This document shows positions 63,166-64,000 of a stretch of DNA of 64,000 nucleotides, piece by piece. The stretch's first letter is position 1. Every line of letters starts with the position of its first letter. Both the position numbers and the translations under genes were made by a program. Source of the DNA: Eledone cirrhosa. Lineage: Eukaryota. The DNA is taken from NCBI GenBank assembly GCA_964016885.1, contig OZ024741.1, forward strand, positions 18,166,001 to 18,230,000. The letters are read 5' to 3'. The notes under the pieces are model-generated. The model did not search any database. It was not told where the DNA came from and saw only the letters and a program-made list of their open reading frames with translations.

Positions 63166-63601
63166 ATATTTAATGCCATGCAGTTAGAGTGATGCTGTGG
63201 GTTTATTTTCTTAAGAGTGCATTGCTAATGTGGTTTAATGTGGTACAGGACGTTGAGATTTGATACGATTTCTGTTCGGTAAGAATGAATATTTTCATGA
63301 ATTGACAAGAGAGCAGCTTAGTGTAGGTAGTCAGATCACTAAATAATCCCCGCCTAACCGTGGGATTCGGACAACAGGGGGGAGTGATTGACACACCTGT
63401 TGGAGTTTAACTTATGCTGCTACTGCTGTCTGTTTGTCTGTCGTATAAACCACCCACCCACGCCCACCACCACATATACATGTACATACTTTCTTTTTTC
63501 CTTCGTTTTTCTCTTTCCTCTTTTCCTCACCCCACTCCTCTTATCCCTAAAAGCCAAAACCCATTAAAACAAAAAAATCTTTAGTAAAAAATTACATTAT
63601 C

Positions 63602-63641
<40 letters not shown>

Positions 63642-63865
63642 TATATATATAATAAATATATAAATATATCATCAATATAGTAAAGTAAGTAGCTGGTAGT
63701 ACGTGTTGGAATTGGTGTCGCTAGTGTAACGAAATATTTTCTGTAGTGGACGGTGGCGTCTCATTCCTAAAGAAATTAGTTCAACTATGTTGGTATTTTT
63801 ACTGTTGCATATGTGTGAGTGTGTGAAAACACACTCATATATATTATATATATACACACACACAC

Positions 63866-63911
<46 letters not shown>

Positions 63912-63964
63912 ATACATATATATATACATGTATATTATATATATATATATTATATATATATATA

Positions 63965-64000
63965 AGGGCGGTGGATTGGCAGTATCGGTAGAGGGTCGGA
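63965..64000 (+). mobile_element. SINE family 1 5' head (cut by the window end)
   Basis: AGGGCGGTGGATTGGCAGTATCGGTAGAGGGTCGGA. Confidence 0.75.

Noticed and set aside
63190-63420. Possible unique exon or conserved element
   Set aside because: No recognisable protein motif or convincing splice structure can be supported by eye.

Overview
AT-rich, microsatellite-dense animal genomic DNA with no recognisable host gene. The tRNA-derived SINEs resemble those of octopod cephalopods; that origin is inferred, not verified. The window is almost entirely retroelements. (1) Four Tx1-clade (L1-like) LINEs are stacked head-to-tail in one GATA/GACA microsatellite locus (5.7-22.7 kb). One copy is full-length with intact ORFs. 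Three have RT active site YADN instead of YADD and the fourth has that motif deleted. (2) A 7.6-kb satellite consists of about 170 copies of the 45-bp 5' head of a SINE, and the same amplification recurs independently at 44 kb. (3) A 5.2-kb array of a 469-bp unit carries a type I hammerhead ribozyme with covarying stems in every unit. It forms two outward-pointing arms, and a diverged solo copy has the same two termini. This retrozyme/circular-RNA-like system is the best candidate for something undescribed. (4) There are several more Penelope-type hammerheads, a Penelope GIY-YIG remnant, CR1 and RTE remnants, a fifth Tx1 copy with a TSD, and many fold-back repeats. The very long ORFs over the 45-bp satellite and microsatellites are artefacts. 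Coordinates were read by eye and may be off by a few bases.
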